Position numbers and translations under genes: made by a program
Part shown: in pieces, positions 34,613-43,963 of the stretch
Layout of the letters: the number at the start of each line of letters is the position of its first letter
Numbering within the stretch: position 1 is the stretch's first letter
Notes under the pieces: model-generated
The model's database searches: none
What the model saw: the letters and a program-made list of their open reading frames with translations, nothing else
What the model was told of the DNA's origin: nothing
NCBI GenBank assembly: GCA_964578845.1
Contig: CAZOEF010000001.1
Location: 276,820-340,819 of the forward strand
Source: Candidatus Woesearchaeota archaeon
GTDB lineage: Archaea; Nanobdellota; Nanobdellia; Pacearchaeales; GW2011-AR1
Direction of reading: 5' to 3'
Length of the DNA: 64,000 nucleotides

Positions 34613-35071
34613 CTATTTAAACTTTACTTCATCGCCCTGGGAGATTCCCAGTTTTGCGACTGTCCCGCTATTCACTTCAAATACATAAAGAGCTTCTGCC
34701 GTCGGTGTGATCGAGGGGCAAGGATCTGCCTCGCAAGGCAAAGCATTCTCTTTAATGGAAACTATATGCATATCTTCATTTATCCAGATCATATCTAAAG
34801 GAATAAGTGTATTTTTCATCCAGAAAGAATAAATCCCAGATTCATCGAATATAAACAGCATTCCTGAGTCTTCATCAAGATGCTGCCTGAACATCAGGCC
34901 TCTCTGCCTATCTGCCGGCTTAGAGACAACTTCTGCATTGAAGCAGTTATTTTCTATACAAACTTTGTCTGCCTCATTAGAATCCATTAAATCCCTGATA
35001 AAAACAAATAATAATATGGCTAGTAGCAATACTATGAACAATATTGTCTTTTGCTTTTTTGAGTATTTCAT
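34613..35071 (-). CDS. DUF192 (COG1430) family protein, membrane-anchored
   Basis: RQRGLMFRQHLDEDSGMLFIF...FWMKNTLIPLDMIWI is the DUF192 pattern. Confidence 0.75.
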   Translation of the reverse strand: MKYSKKQKTILFIVLLLAILLFVFIRDLMDSNEADKVCIENNCFNAEVVSKPADRQRGLMFRQHLDEDSGMLFIFDESGIYSFWMKNTLIPLDMIWINEDMHIVSIKENALPCEADPCPSITPTAEALYVFEVNSGTVAKLGISQGDEVKFK

Positions 35072-35544
35072 TAAACCTCTAATATCCCTTTCTCAATATT
35101 TAGTGAGTTATAAAACTTCTCAAGGTTTTCGTGGTCTAAAACTAAAGTAGAAGTGTTTAGGTTAGGGTGAAAACCTATTTTATCCGCTTCCCAAACTTCC
35201 TTGTCTATGACTAGCGTTACATTACTTGAGTTTATTATCCCGAATATACTGACGCTTCCTGGAACAAGATTAACTTTCTCTTTCAGTTCTTCTGAAGAAG
35301 CGAACTGTAATTTTTTTAGATTGAAGTGTTTCCTTAATTTCAGTACATTTAATCTCTTGTCAGCCTTCATTCCAATAAGATAAAACTTTCCAGTCTCATC
35401 CTTCATAAACAATGTCTTGCAGTGCATTCCAGGAATCTGTTTTTTTAGCTCCTTAGATTCTTCTACTGTAAAAACAGCTGAATGAGGATATTCAATGAAC
35501 TCTATATTGTATCTCTTGAGATAATCCGAAAGTTTTTTGTCCAT
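35071..35544 (-). CDS. YbaK/ProX-type aminoacyl-tRNA deacylase (editing domain)
   Basis: Start set at MDKKLSDYLKRYNIEF. CKTLFMKD, YLIGMKADKRLN and LVPGSVSIFG are YbaK-like. The upstream 73 codons of the ORF-track ORF overlap the glutaredoxin gene on the other strand. Confidence 0.7.
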   Translation of the reverse strand: MDKKLSDYLKRYNIEFIEYPHSAVFTVEESKELKKQIPGMHCKTLFMKDETGKFYLIGMKADKRLNVLKLRKHFNLKKLQFASSEELKEKVNLVPGSVSIFGIINSSNVTLVIDKEVWEADKIGFHPNLNTSTLVLDHENLEKFYNSLNIEKGILEV

Positions 35545-35607
35545 AATTAAATCCTTGATCTCATTTATAAAAAGCTTTATATAATTGCCAGTATTATTTT
35601 TATTAAG

Positions 35608-35847
35608 ATGGTGAGCAAAGTTACTGTTTATGGAACAACACATTGTCCGTGGTGCCACAGGACACGCGAATTTCTTAAGAAGCATAAAATAAAGTTCAAG
35701 GATGTAAACATAGAAAAAGATGAAAAATATGTCAAATATATAATAGAGAAATCCGGGCAGCAAGGAGTTCCTGTTATAGAGATTGATGATAAAGTGATAG
35801 TTGGATTTGATGAAAAAGAGCTGAAGAAAGCTTTGAAGATAAAATAA
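35608..35847 (+). CDS. glutaredoxin-like (NrdH/Grx) small redox protein
   Basis: VTVYGTTHCPWCHRTREFL (CPWC active site) ... GVPVIEIDDKVIVGFD. Confidence 0.85.
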   Translation: MVSKVTVYGTTHCPWCHRTREFLKKHKIKFKDVNIEKDEKYVKYIIEKSGQQGVPVIEIDDKVIVGFDEKELKKALKIK

Positions 35848-35916
35848 TCCTGTTTATGAGACTATTCCAAAAATGAAATTTTGATTTAAATATAATTTAT
35901 ATTAGGAAACTTAGAT

Positions 35917-35987
35917 GGGCCGGTCGTCTAATAGTAAGACGCTAGACCTTCAATCTCGATATCCGGGTACAAATCCCGGCCGGTCTA
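35917..35987 (+). tRNA. tRNA-like element with several non-canonical positions (possible degenerate tRNA-Glu-like gene or relic)
   Basis: A 71-nt cloverleaf can be drawn: acceptor GGGCCGG/CCGGTCT (2 G-U pairs), D arm GTCT/AGAC, T arm CCGGG-TACAAAT-CCCGG. The anticodon arm has a mismatch and its loop is CCTTCAA, which lacks U33. The D-loop lacks GG. Confidence 0.4.
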
Positions 35988-36085
35988 TCTAATGATAAAT
36001 TAAGATGTATAAAATATTTAAATGTTTCTTCTGAAGATAAAATAATAATCAAATAATTTATAAATCAACTTCTCTAGAATTATTT

Positions 36086-37033
36086 ATGGCAAAAAAAGAG
36101 TATGACTTTATCATTCTTGGCGCTGGAGGAAGCGGGCTTGCTGCTGCTATGTATGGAGCGAGATTAGGACTTAAGACTTTAGTCTTGGGATATTCGCACG
36201 GCACTGAATTCCCTGTTGGAGGGGTCATTACAACAACTAATGTAGTTGAGAACTATCCTGGTTTCATCAAACTGACTGGCGAGGAAATAGCAAAGAATAT
36301 TGAAGACCATACCAGATCATATGATTTGGTTGAAATAAAAGAGGAGAAAGCTGAAAAAGTGGAGAAAACAAAACAAGGGTTCTCTGTTAAGACGAATGAA
36401 GGGGTTTACACCGGAAAAACCATATTATTCGCAACAGGAACTAAATGGAGAAAGCTTGATGTCCCAGGATCTAAGGAATTCGAGAACAAGGGCGTGGCTT
36501 ACTGTGCGTTGTGCGATTCACCTTTATTCAAAGGGAAGATCACTGCTATCGTAGGAGGCTCTGATTCTGCTGCTAAAGATGCATTAGTTTTGGCAGAGCA
36601 TGCGAAAAAAGTCTACATAATCTATAGAGGAGAGCAAGTGCGCGCTGAACCAATAAACTTGCAAAGATTAAAGGCCAAGAAGAATATTGAGATAATCAAC
36701 AACACGAATGTGCTGGAAATAAGAGGAGATAAATTTGTAGAGAAGGTTATTTTAGACAAGGCTTACAAAGGAAAGAAGGAATTAGAGTTACAAGGATTAT
36801 TTGTGGCAATAGGGCACATAATACTATCTGATTTAGCTAAAGACCTGGGAGTCAAATTGAACAAGAAGGGCGAGATAGTAATCAACCATATGGATTCTTC
36901 AACAAACATTCCAGGAGTCTTTGCTGCAGGGGATGTAGCAGATAAGCCGTTCAAACAATTGATAACTGGTGTGGCTGAAGGATGCACTGCAGCCCATTCA
37001 GCATATGAGTATCTGAATGCTAAGAGTGTTTAG
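36086..37033 (+). CDS. trxB: thioredoxin-disulfide reductase
   Basis: FAD motif ILGAGGSGLAAA, redox CALC, NADPH motif GGSDSAAKDA, and FAAGDV. Confidence 0.9.
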   Translation: MAKKEYDFIILGAGGSGLAAAMYGARLGLKTLVLGYSHGTEFPVGGVITTTNVVENYPGFIKLTGEEIAKNIEDHTRSYDLVEIKEEKAEKVEKTKQGFSVKTNEGVYTGKTILFATGTKWRKLDVPGSKEFENKGVAYCALCDSPLFKGKITAIVGGSDSAAKDALVLAEHAKKVYIIYRGEQVRAEPINLQRLKAKKNIEIINNTNVLEIRGDKFVEKVILDKAYKGKKELELQGLFVAIGHIILSDLAKDLGVKLNKKGEIVINHMDSSTNIPGVFAAGDVADKPFKQLITGVAEGCTAAHSAYEYLNAKSV

Positions 37034-37670
37034 CACTCAGCTTATTCTCTATTAATGAGATATAATCAGTTTCCTGATCCTTTGTCTTTGAGGCAATATA
37101 ACCAATGTGGTCCTGAGTTATTCCATTGTATACAGAAGAGAACTCAAACGCCAATCTTCTGTCTATGATTCCTACTTTTTTATCTACTCCTTCAATCTTC
37201 ACTAATTCCACTTTAGAGAATTTTTTGCCGAGAATTTTTTGGTCTAATTCAGGAATGATTATCTTTGCATTCTCTTTCATAGAGTACTTGAGCATGAAAA
37301 GAATGAGCCATTTCTCGCTTCTGAGAATTAATTGTGAGAATCTTGAGCTGAATAGATTCCTATAATTCCTTAGATAGATTTTTTCAAGATAGTCTACGAT
37401 TTTTTGGTCAGTTTCATCTGTATGCAGGAAAGTAGGGGGCAAGGCTATGTAATTATACACGTCCTTATCTTCAAGCTTCAATTTTGCAACTGCGCAGGAA
37501 TTGAATAGGTTTTTCAGAACCCTGTATTTTTTGCTGTAGCTGAACTCCCTACTTAACCCTTCATAATCCTTATGCAACAATAGATAATAAGTTGTGCCTT
37601 CGTCATGGCCGAGTGCTTCGCAAAGGCATTGCTTTGCCGCCTTATCCATAAGATTATTATTCTGTGTCAT
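37020..37670 (-). CDS. hypothetical 216-aa protein
   Basis: Start set at MTQNNN, preceded by GGAGGA 7 nt upstream. No family recognised. Confidence 0.5.
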   Translation of the reverse strand: MTQNNNLMDKAAKQCLCEALGHDEGTTYYLLLHKDYEGLSREFSYSKKYRVLKNLFNSCAVAKLKLEDKDVYNYIALPPTFLHTDETDQKIVDYLEKIYLRNYRNLFSSRFSQLILRSEKWLILFMLKYSMKENAKIIIPELDQKILGKKFSKVELVKIEGVDKKVGIIDRRLAFEFSSVYNGITQDHIGYIASKTKDQETDYISLIENKLSAKHS

Positions 37671-37851
37671 TTTCAATCCTCCTAAACTCTTTATGGCCTG
37701 TTTCATTACGGTGTTTACCGCATTCACCGGGCAAAATTTCTTCCCCACAATCTTCACATCTGAAAGTATTGGTTTGCATGCCCCACATAATATCGGATTC
37801 TACATATATTTAATGGATATATTTTTATATCGGTATATACCACATATACTT

Positions 37852-38814
37852 ATGGAGAAAAGGAATCTGGTCAAGTCTGGAAACACTAGCTATACCCTCA
37901 GCTTGCCTATTGACTGGATAAGGAAGAATAAGCTTGAAAGAGGAAGCCCTGTCAACGTTTTCGAGAATGAATCAGGAGAAGTAGTAATCTCTGCAGAGAA
38001 GAAAGAAGACTTTCTCCAAACCCAAGAATACAAAACTATCGAAATTGATGGAAAGAGTGTGCAAAACATACGTTCAGAATTACTTGATGCATATTTGCAT
38101 GATTTCTCAACAATTATCCTTGAAGGAAAAGAAATAAGGACCAAGACAGAACCCTTGCTTTCATTACTCAATTATTTTATCGGCCTTGATTCTATTGAGC
38201 AGACGACTAACAGCATTGTAATAAAGAACTTCTCATCATTAGATAAGGAGACCTCTTCACATTCCCTTATAAGAAAGCTGGATATGGGAATAAGGACAAT
38301 GGTGGAGCTGCTCGGAGAATTTTTCAGCAAAGGGTTCAAAAAAGAAGACCTGTTTGAGCTTAAAAAACAACACGAACATAATGAAAGGATCTATATTTTA
38401 GCAAGGAAGATCATTCTGAAAATAACAGAAAATCCTGCACTAATGAGGAATTTTCAGACTTCCTATCATCAGCTTTCTAAAGACAAGATAGTGGTATCAT
38501 CTATGAAACAGATATCTTTTATATTATTATCCTGTGGAAAAGTCCTTCTTTATTTAGATAAATCCAAGAAGGAAACAAAAATGCTTCAGGAAGTCTTCAA
38601 TACAATCAGGGAAGAATACATCACTGTACTGGATGCGTTAAAACACAGGAAACTAGATGATGCTTATAAATTCCTGAATCAATCCAGCAGCTATAACGAA
38701 AAACTTGAATCATATCTGAAAGAGGCTAAGAATCCCCTCATAGCAGAATTGATCAATTATGCAATTTTCATAAACACTACCCTGAATCAGCTTGCTTTTG
38801 AGGCTGTCGAGTAA
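37852..38814 (+). CDS. AbrB/SpoVT-domain + PhoU-domain regulator (archaeal PhoU-like)
   Basis: Start set at MEKRNLVKSGNTSYTLSLPIDWIRKNKLERGSPVNV (AbrB-like swapped hairpin). The helical PhoU-like remainder follows. The upstream part of the ORF-track ORF is antisense to the neighbouring gene. Confidence 0.65.
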   Translation: MEKRNLVKSGNTSYTLSLPIDWIRKNKLERGSPVNVFENESGEVVISAEKKEDFLQTQEYKTIEIDGKSVQNIRSELLDAYLHDFSTIILEGKEIRTKTEPLLSLLNYFIGLDSIEQTTNSIVIKNFSSLDKETSSHSLIRKLDMGIRTMVELLGEFFSKGFKKEDLFELKKQHEHNERIYILARKIILKITENPALMRNFQTSYHQLSKDKIVVSSMKQISFILLSCGKVLLYLDKSKKETKMLQEVFNTIREEYITVLDALKHRKLDDAYKFLNQSSSYNEKLESYLKEAKNPLIAELINYAIFINTTLNQLAFEAVE

Positions 38815-39859
38815 GACTTTTAAGTGCGACTTTTAAATAAGGGGACTTTGTCTTGCCTGTATTCACTATTAATATCTTTTTGTCTTTAGGGACCTTATCT
38901 GCTATCTGTAGAAGCATACCTAGGCCTGCAATTCCAGAAGGCTCGCATTCAATTCCCTGGCTACTAGCTATCTCCATAGCCTTGTCTATGAATCTTTCCT
39001 GGACGATAAAAACATTTGATTCTGAACCACAGGAACCCTCAAGGCCAAAAACCCTTAACCATTGCTCATCGAAAATAGTAAATGGACGATGGGCCGCATA
39101 TAATTTGTCTGCCTTAGACTTTGGATCATTGACTGTCGCACCAATAAAATTGCAGTCCTTTAATTTATCAACATCTCCTGTAAATCTTGGATCGTGTATA
39201 GCAGATAATACTTCTTTTTTATTGATATTGAGTACATTCTCATAGAGTGTTCCGCTTCCAAATGGCATAAAGCAATAATCGGGTGAGTGATTAAGTATCT
39301 CGTAGCTCATCCAGTCGTAAAATCTTGTTGCAGGGTCCAGGCCCTCACTTGAAGTCACATCTATGCCGTTAATGTTGTTTGTCAGTTCCAGAATCTCTTT
39401 CCAATGAAGAGGCTTTCTTGATAAATCAGTCCTATAAACCTCGCAGCCTGCAGCTTCCATTGCCCTTACTATTTTTTCATCAAGATCGATATCGACTAAA
39501 CATTTTAGATTTGGCAGATTATATTTAGATAAGTAAGTCTGTATAGCCATTCCCGCTGAACCAGAAGTTATTATAGACATATGCGGCAATTTATCCTTGA
39601 ATAATCCGTCTTTTTTAGCTAATAAGAAGTCCCTGTATGTTACGACCATTTCCCAGGCCATCCTGTCTTTATGCGTACCAGTCATATTATGGCTCTCGTC
39701 TTTCATCCATACATTGGTAAAGCCAGGAACTTTGATAGGGTAGACTGGCGTGGCTGGAAATTTAGGATTATCTGGGGGGAATTCTGGCCTCGAAGGATCA
39801 TTCTCAGAACCTATCCGAATGGAGTACAATATCTTGCTTTCTTTAGCAGTTAAGGACAT
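38777..39859 (-). CDS. PLP-dependent enzyme, fold type II (Trp-synthase-beta/threonine-synthase-like)
   Basis: NMTGTHKDRMAW (PLP lysine context, cf. TGSFKDR). SGSAGMAI. About 360 aa. Confidence 0.6.
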   Translation of the reverse strand: MSLTAKESKILYSIRIGSENDPSRPEFPPDNPKFPATPVYPIKVPGFTNVWMKDESHNMTGTHKDRMAWEMVVTYRDFLLAKKDGLFKDKLPHMSIITSGSAGMAIQTYLSKYNLPNLKCLVDIDLDEKIVRAMEAAGCEVYRTDLSRKPLHWKEILELTNNINGIDVTSSEGLDPATRFYDWMSYEILNHSPDYCFMPFGSGTLYENVLNINKKEVLSAIHDPRFTGDVDKLKDCNFIGATVNDPKSKADKLYAAHRPFTIFDEQWLRVFGLEGSCGSESNVFIVQERFIDKAMEIASSQGIECEPSGIAGLGMLLQIADKVPKDKKILIVNTGKTKSPYLKVALKSLTRQPQKQADSG

Positions 39860-39972
39860 TTTGTTATAATTTTATAGTAATCCTATTTTATATATTTGTG
39901 CAATATATTTTTTATACTTGTATATAGATAATGTATCTTAATATTTAAGTATATATTTGAATATATTTATAA

Positions 39973-40566
39973 TTACCTTGAGACAGAAAATGGATTAGGA
40001 TCTGAAAAAGTAATTCTGGGCGTTTTATCATAAACAACTTCTTCATCCACTCCGTATTTCTTATTATACATGTAGTCTACAGAATTAAATATCGCATCCT
40101 TCCAATCAAATCCAAGCTTTTCCGCTATTTCCTTGATAGACTTTTCATCTTTACCCTCTATCTCAATAAAAGGCTCTAAATAAGGCCACTCATCTATTAT
40201 TATTTCAACCTCTCCTATTCTCCAGATTTCCCTCTTATTCTCTTGAAAGGCTTTCTTTACACAACCTAGAGTTTCAAGAAATTTTTCGGCCTTGCTGAAA
40301 TCATCGACTGTCAGGCAAATTTCTTTTTTATTTTCAATCTTATTTCCGTCAACTGATTTTACACTGAGGGTTGTTTTGTCAGCTTCCTGTCTCACTCTAG
40401 CCCATCCTCCTTGGATTTCGTGCCCCTTGGGCAAGTGGAAAGCTGTCCTTTTCTGAAGATATTCCTTCTGTCCGAGGATTGCTCCTGAATTCTTTAGTTT
40501 ATTCCGTATTTCATCCTTATCGACAGGAAAAAATGTAGCCTCATATTCTATTTCCATTAAAAACAA
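39973..40566 (-). CDS. CYTH-domain protein (class IV adenylate cyclase / triphosphatase family)
   Basis: The N-terminal EIEYEATF (ExExK-like) and the beta-barrel-like alternation fit CYTH. About 195 aa. Confidence 0.6.
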   Translation of the reverse strand: MFLMEIEYEATFFPVDKDEIRNKLKNSGAILGQKEYLQKRTAFHLPKGHEIQGGWARVRQEADKTTLSVKSVDGNKIENKKEICLTVDDFSKAEKFLETLGCVKKAFQENKREIWRIGEVEIIIDEWPYLEPFIEIEGKDEKSIKEIAEKLGFDWKDAIFNSVDYMYNKKYGVDEEVVYDKTPRITFSDPNPFSVSR

Positions 40567-40633
40567 AGATATAATTGGTTTTTAGATTTTTCCAAAAGAA
40601 AACATTTAATTATCAAATTTCCTCAGTGATTAT

Positions 40634-41104
40634 ATGAATAAAAGAGGAATAGAGCTATCCTTCAGCTTCATCTTCGCTGTGATATTGATTGGCGCTATAG
40701 TAGGAATATCTTTCTATGTGATAAACCATTTTTTAGTCCTTGGTAAATGCGCTGATGTTGGTTTATTCTATAAGGATTTTCAGGATGAAGTTGATGATGC
40801 CTGGAGGGCCGAGATATCGAGAAAGACCTTTGAAGGAACATTGCCAAATGGAATAGATGAAGTATGTATAGGCAATATAGGCCAGTGCAGCGGGGAAGAT
40901 TGCAATGAATTAAGAAAGTATACTATTTCCACTCCGAGGGCGAATATATTCCTCCTTCCTCCTGATAAGGCTTGCGATGCTCCTGCAGTAGAGATAGAGC
41001 ATGTTGAATACACAGGTTTTGAATGTATTGATGTTATAGACAACAAAGTTAATATCAGGCTGGAGAAGACAAGCACAGACAGTTTGGTAAAGGTAGGAAG
41101 ATGA
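40634..41104 (+). CDS. class-III-signal (type IV pilin-like) protein
   Basis: MNKRGIELSFSFIFAVILIGAIVGISFYVI. Cys-containing globular part. Confidence 0.7.
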   Translation: MNKRGIELSFSFIFAVILIGAIVGISFYVINHFLVLGKCADVGLFYKDFQDEVDDAWRAEISRKTFEGTLPNGIDEVCIGNIGQCSGEDCNELRKYTISTPRANIFLLPPDKACDAPAVEIEHVEYTGFECIDVIDNKVNIRLEKTSTDSLVKVGR

Positions 41105-41703
41105 TTCCTGAAGTAGAGTTTAGGTATTCTTGGGTGTATGATGATAAATTCAGAGTTAACCCCAAAATTCAAGATTTTCTAAAGAAAAACAGCAAAGATT
41201 ATCCTTCACATTTAGAAATTAAAAGGTATATAAAATCATTACAGAAAATCTGGTCAAAACAAGGCAATGAAATAATGAAGTCAATTTCTAAACATATTGG
41301 CCTTAAATGGAAGGAAAAAAAGATTATTGTCTATGTCATAGGGGCCGGTAGGCCATTTTCCGACCCTTTGACAGTCAGACTTTATGATAACAAAAATGAT
41401 TTTATCGACTCTCTATCCCATGAGTTGATTCATCAAATTCAATTTCAGAATGAAGAGACGATGAGTCTGTGGTTCAAATATATTTATAAAAAACATGAAA
41501 GTGAACAAAGAACTGTTAAGAACCATATATTAATTCACGCAATACATTCCAAGGTGATTCTGGAGATATTTAATAAAAATAGATTAAAAAGAGAAATTGA
41601 AATCTCCAAAGATTCTCCAGATTATGCTAGATCGTGGGAGATTGTGCAGGAAGAAGGAGCGGACAATATAATAAAGAAATTCAAGGAGTTGATCAAAAAA
41701 TGA
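41101..41703 (+). CDS. hypothetical cytosolic protein with an HExxH motif
   Basis: ATGA overlaps on both sides. SHELIHQ motif. No TM helix. Confidence 0.6.
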   Translation: MIPEVEFRYSWVYDDKFRVNPKIQDFLKKNSKDYPSHLEIKRYIKSLQKIWSKQGNEIMKSISKHIGLKWKEKKIIVYVIGAGRPFSDPLTVRLYDNKNDFIDSLSHELIHQIQFQNEETMSLWFKYIYKKHESEQRTVKNHILIHAIHSKVILEIFNKNRLKREIEISKDSPDYARSWEIVQEEGADNIIKKFKELIKK

Positions 41704-42632
41704 ACAAAAAAGGATTTGAATTCAGCTTCACATGGCTATTTGCGATAATCGTCGGGGCAGTAGTTATATTCATAGCAATATATGCTGCAGTCAGATTTGT
41801 AGATTTTGAGCAGACTGATATAAATGCTCAAGCTGGAGAACAACTAGGAATATTATTGAACCCTATTGAAACAAGTTTGGAGGATGGCAAATATTCTGTG
41901 ATAACCTTCCCTGATGAAACAAGGATAAGGAACAGATGCCTTGAACAAGGAACTTTCGGCCAGCAAGCAATATCTACAAGCATCAGAAGCGATATCGGGG
42001 AAGAATGGGTAGATTCAAGTGTTGATAATTTTTTCTACAATAAATACTTGTTCTCCAAATCTACTGAGCAGGGAGAGAAACTCCATATAATATCTAAATC
42101 ATTTGAAATGCCCTATAAAATTGCCAGCCTTATCTTTGCAACTAGCGAGGATTATTGTTTTATCGATCCCTCAAGTGAGATAGAAGATGAGCTGGAAGGA
42201 TTAGCTCCTGGAAACATAGAAGTAGTTAATGAGAAATCCCAATGCAAAAGAGGATCTATAACAGTATGCTTCAACCAAAGAAACTGCGATATTGAGGTGG
42301 ATACAAATAGCAAAAGCGTCTTCAAGGATGGACAGACAGTATATTATGAAGGCAGCTTAATCTATGGAGCAATATTCGCTGACAGTGGAATCTATGAATG
42401 CCAGGTAAACAGGCTGATGAAAAGGAGCGCTGAATTAGCTAGTTTGTATGCCCAGAAATCTGATTTCTTATCGTCAAAGGGATGCTCGAGCAACCTAGGA
42501 AATGAACTAAGGGATTTCGCGTCTATTACTGTAATAGGCCCTGAAGAAAATTCATTAAAACTGAAGAATATTTATTCCACATCTGAAAACTTGAGGAGGA
42601 AAAATGAACTTTTATCATGTGAGCTTTTCTAG
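41700..42632 (+). CDS. class-III-signal (type IV pilin-like) protein, 310 aa
   Basis: Start set at MNKKGFEFSFTWLFAIIVGAVVIFIAIY, which forms an ATGA overlap with the upstream stop. Confidence 0.7.
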   Translation: MNKKGFEFSFTWLFAIIVGAVVIFIAIYAAVRFVDFEQTDINAQAGEQLGILLNPIETSLEDGKYSVITFPDETRIRNRCLEQGTFGQQAISTSIRSDIGEEWVDSSVDNFFYNKYLFSKSTEQGEKLHIISKSFEMPYKIASLIFATSEDYCFIDPSSEIEDELEGLAPGNIEVVNEKSQCKRGSITVCFNQRNCDIEVDTNSKSVFKDGQTVYYEGSLIYGAIFADSGIYECQVNRLMKRSAELASLYAQKSDFLSSKGCSSNLGNELRDFASITVIGPEENSLKLKNIYSTSENLRRKNELLSCELF

Positions 42633-43122
42633 AGGTCAATTGAAAATACAGCAGATGGCTTTTGTATTAGTAGCGATGATGATATTTTTTTCAATAGCTT
42701 TACTATTTTATTTTTCTATAAGATATTCAAGCCTAGAAGGCAGTGCTGAAGACCTTAGGGCTTATGAAACAATACAGACCATCAGAAAAATGTCTTCCAC
42801 GCCTGAATTCTCCTGGACGGTCGAAGATTGCAGTTCCTGCATAGATTTAGACAAAGTCATGATGCTAAAAGAGAAAGACTCATATGACGGATTCTGGAAA
42901 AACACTGCTTTGTTAAAAGTTGAAAGGGTCTATCCGAAATATTCTGATGTTGAATGCACAAGAAATAATTATCCTGAGTGCAACTCTATAAGCCTGATAG
43001 ACACGAATAAAGATCTAGAAGGATATTCAGCTTTTGTTTCACTCTGTAGATTTGAAGGTTCTGAAGAATATAATAAATGTGAGCTAGGTAAAATAACCAT
43101 GGCTTTTGAGACAATACCATGA
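42604..43122 (+). CDS. class-III-signal (type IV pilin-like) protein
   Basis: MNFYHVSFSRGQLKIQQMAFVLVAMMIFFSIALLFYF. Confidence 0.65.
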   Translation: MNFYHVSFSRGQLKIQQMAFVLVAMMIFFSIALLFYFSIRYSSLEGSAEDLRAYETIQTIRKMSSTPEFSWTVEDCSSCIDLDKVMMLKEKDSYDGFWKNTALLKVERVYPKYSDVECTRNNYPECNSISLIDTNKDLEGYSAFVSLCRFEGSEEYNKCELGKITMAFETIP

Positions 43123-43613
43123 AAAGAGGACAGGAAGAGATAGTAGGGTTTGTAGTGATTATGGTGATAGTGGCTATAGTCTTCCTGATTTTCCTAGGGA
43201 TTTCAATCAGGACAGACACTGGAAGTGTTAGCGAAAACCCTCAAGTAAGGGATTTTCTGGAAAGCTCTATGGAATATACTACTGATTGCGCGACAAGATT
43301 CGCCCCTGACTATTCAACTATAGGCGAACTATTTGAAGAGTGCCATTCGGGCAGCAGATGCCTTGACGGAAAGGACTCTTGTGAAGCATTGAACTTAACA
43401 CTTTCAAGTTTGTTTGACTCTGCATGGCACATTGACAATAGGACTGCTATTAAAGGATATGAATTCAATTCTATATATAGATCATCTGATTCAGCAAGTG
43501 AAGCAATAATATCATTAAACAGAGGTGTATGTACAGGATCTATAAGAGGGAATACTTATCTCATTCCTGCATTTCCTGGAGACATCCAAAACACTCTGGA
43601 AATATGCTATTAG
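43119..43613 (+). CDS. class-III-signal (type IV pilin-like) protein
   Basis: MKRGQEEIVGFVVIMVIVAIVFLIFLGI. ATGA overlap with the upstream gene. Confidence 0.7.
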   Translation: MKRGQEEIVGFVVIMVIVAIVFLIFLGISIRTDTGSVSENPQVRDFLESSMEYTTDCATRFAPDYSTIGELFEECHSGSRCLDGKDSCEALNLTLSSLFDSAWHIDNRTAIKGYEFNSIYRSSDSASEAIISLNRGVCTGSIRGNTYLIPAFPGDIQNTLEICY

Positions 43614-43963
43614 ATCCTGACTTCTATGTTTAGAGTGTCCACTGAGATTACTGGTTTCAGTCTAGCCCGTTTCCCAGTCTTTTCCTCAACTAAGTCCAGG
43701 AAGCCGAACCTTTGGAGCAGCTTGACATCATCGCTTACAGATTTGAAATCCCTTCCAAGAATCTTAGCAAGATCATATATGGACTTAGGGGATTTTGTTT
43801 TGATTATATGAAGCATTCTTGCCTTTTCATTAGATAGAAGGTTCCGCAGTGCTGAAAGCCCTTCGAAGTCATAGCTATCACCTGAAAAACGCTTGAATAA
43901 CGACGAGAAAGTACCTTTCTCGTTTATTAAGGTGATCTGCCTGGTTTTAGTTTTCTTTGCCAT
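43610..43963 (-). CDS. winged-helix transcriptional regulator
   Basis: RMLHIIKTKSPKSIYDLAKILGRDFKSVSDDVKLLQRFGFLDL is a wHTH pattern. Confidence 0.6.
   Translation of the reverse strand: MAKKTKTRQITLINEKGTFSSLFKRFSGDSYDFEGLSALRNLLSNEKARMLHIIKTKSPKSIYDLAKILGRDFKSVSDDVKLLQRFGFLDLVEEKTGKRARLKPVISVDTLNIEVRI

Noticed and set aside
35946-35956. An alternative register of the tRNA-like element gives anticodon UCA, which would suggest UGA recoding.
   Set aside because: Many well-defined genes here terminate at TGA with normal lengths (for example rnj at 4701-4703, rpoP at 52557-52559 and the 257-aa gene at 21902-21904). The UCA register also has a very poor anticodon stem.
37594-37851. An 86-codon N-terminal extension of the PhoU-like ORF in the ORF track. 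A similar extension occurs at 35545-35763 for the YbaK-like ORF and at 33677-33823 for the LTD ORF.
   Set aside because: The extensions overlap neighbouring genes and have odd composition. Internal ATGs give products that begin exactly at the recognised domain or signal peptide.
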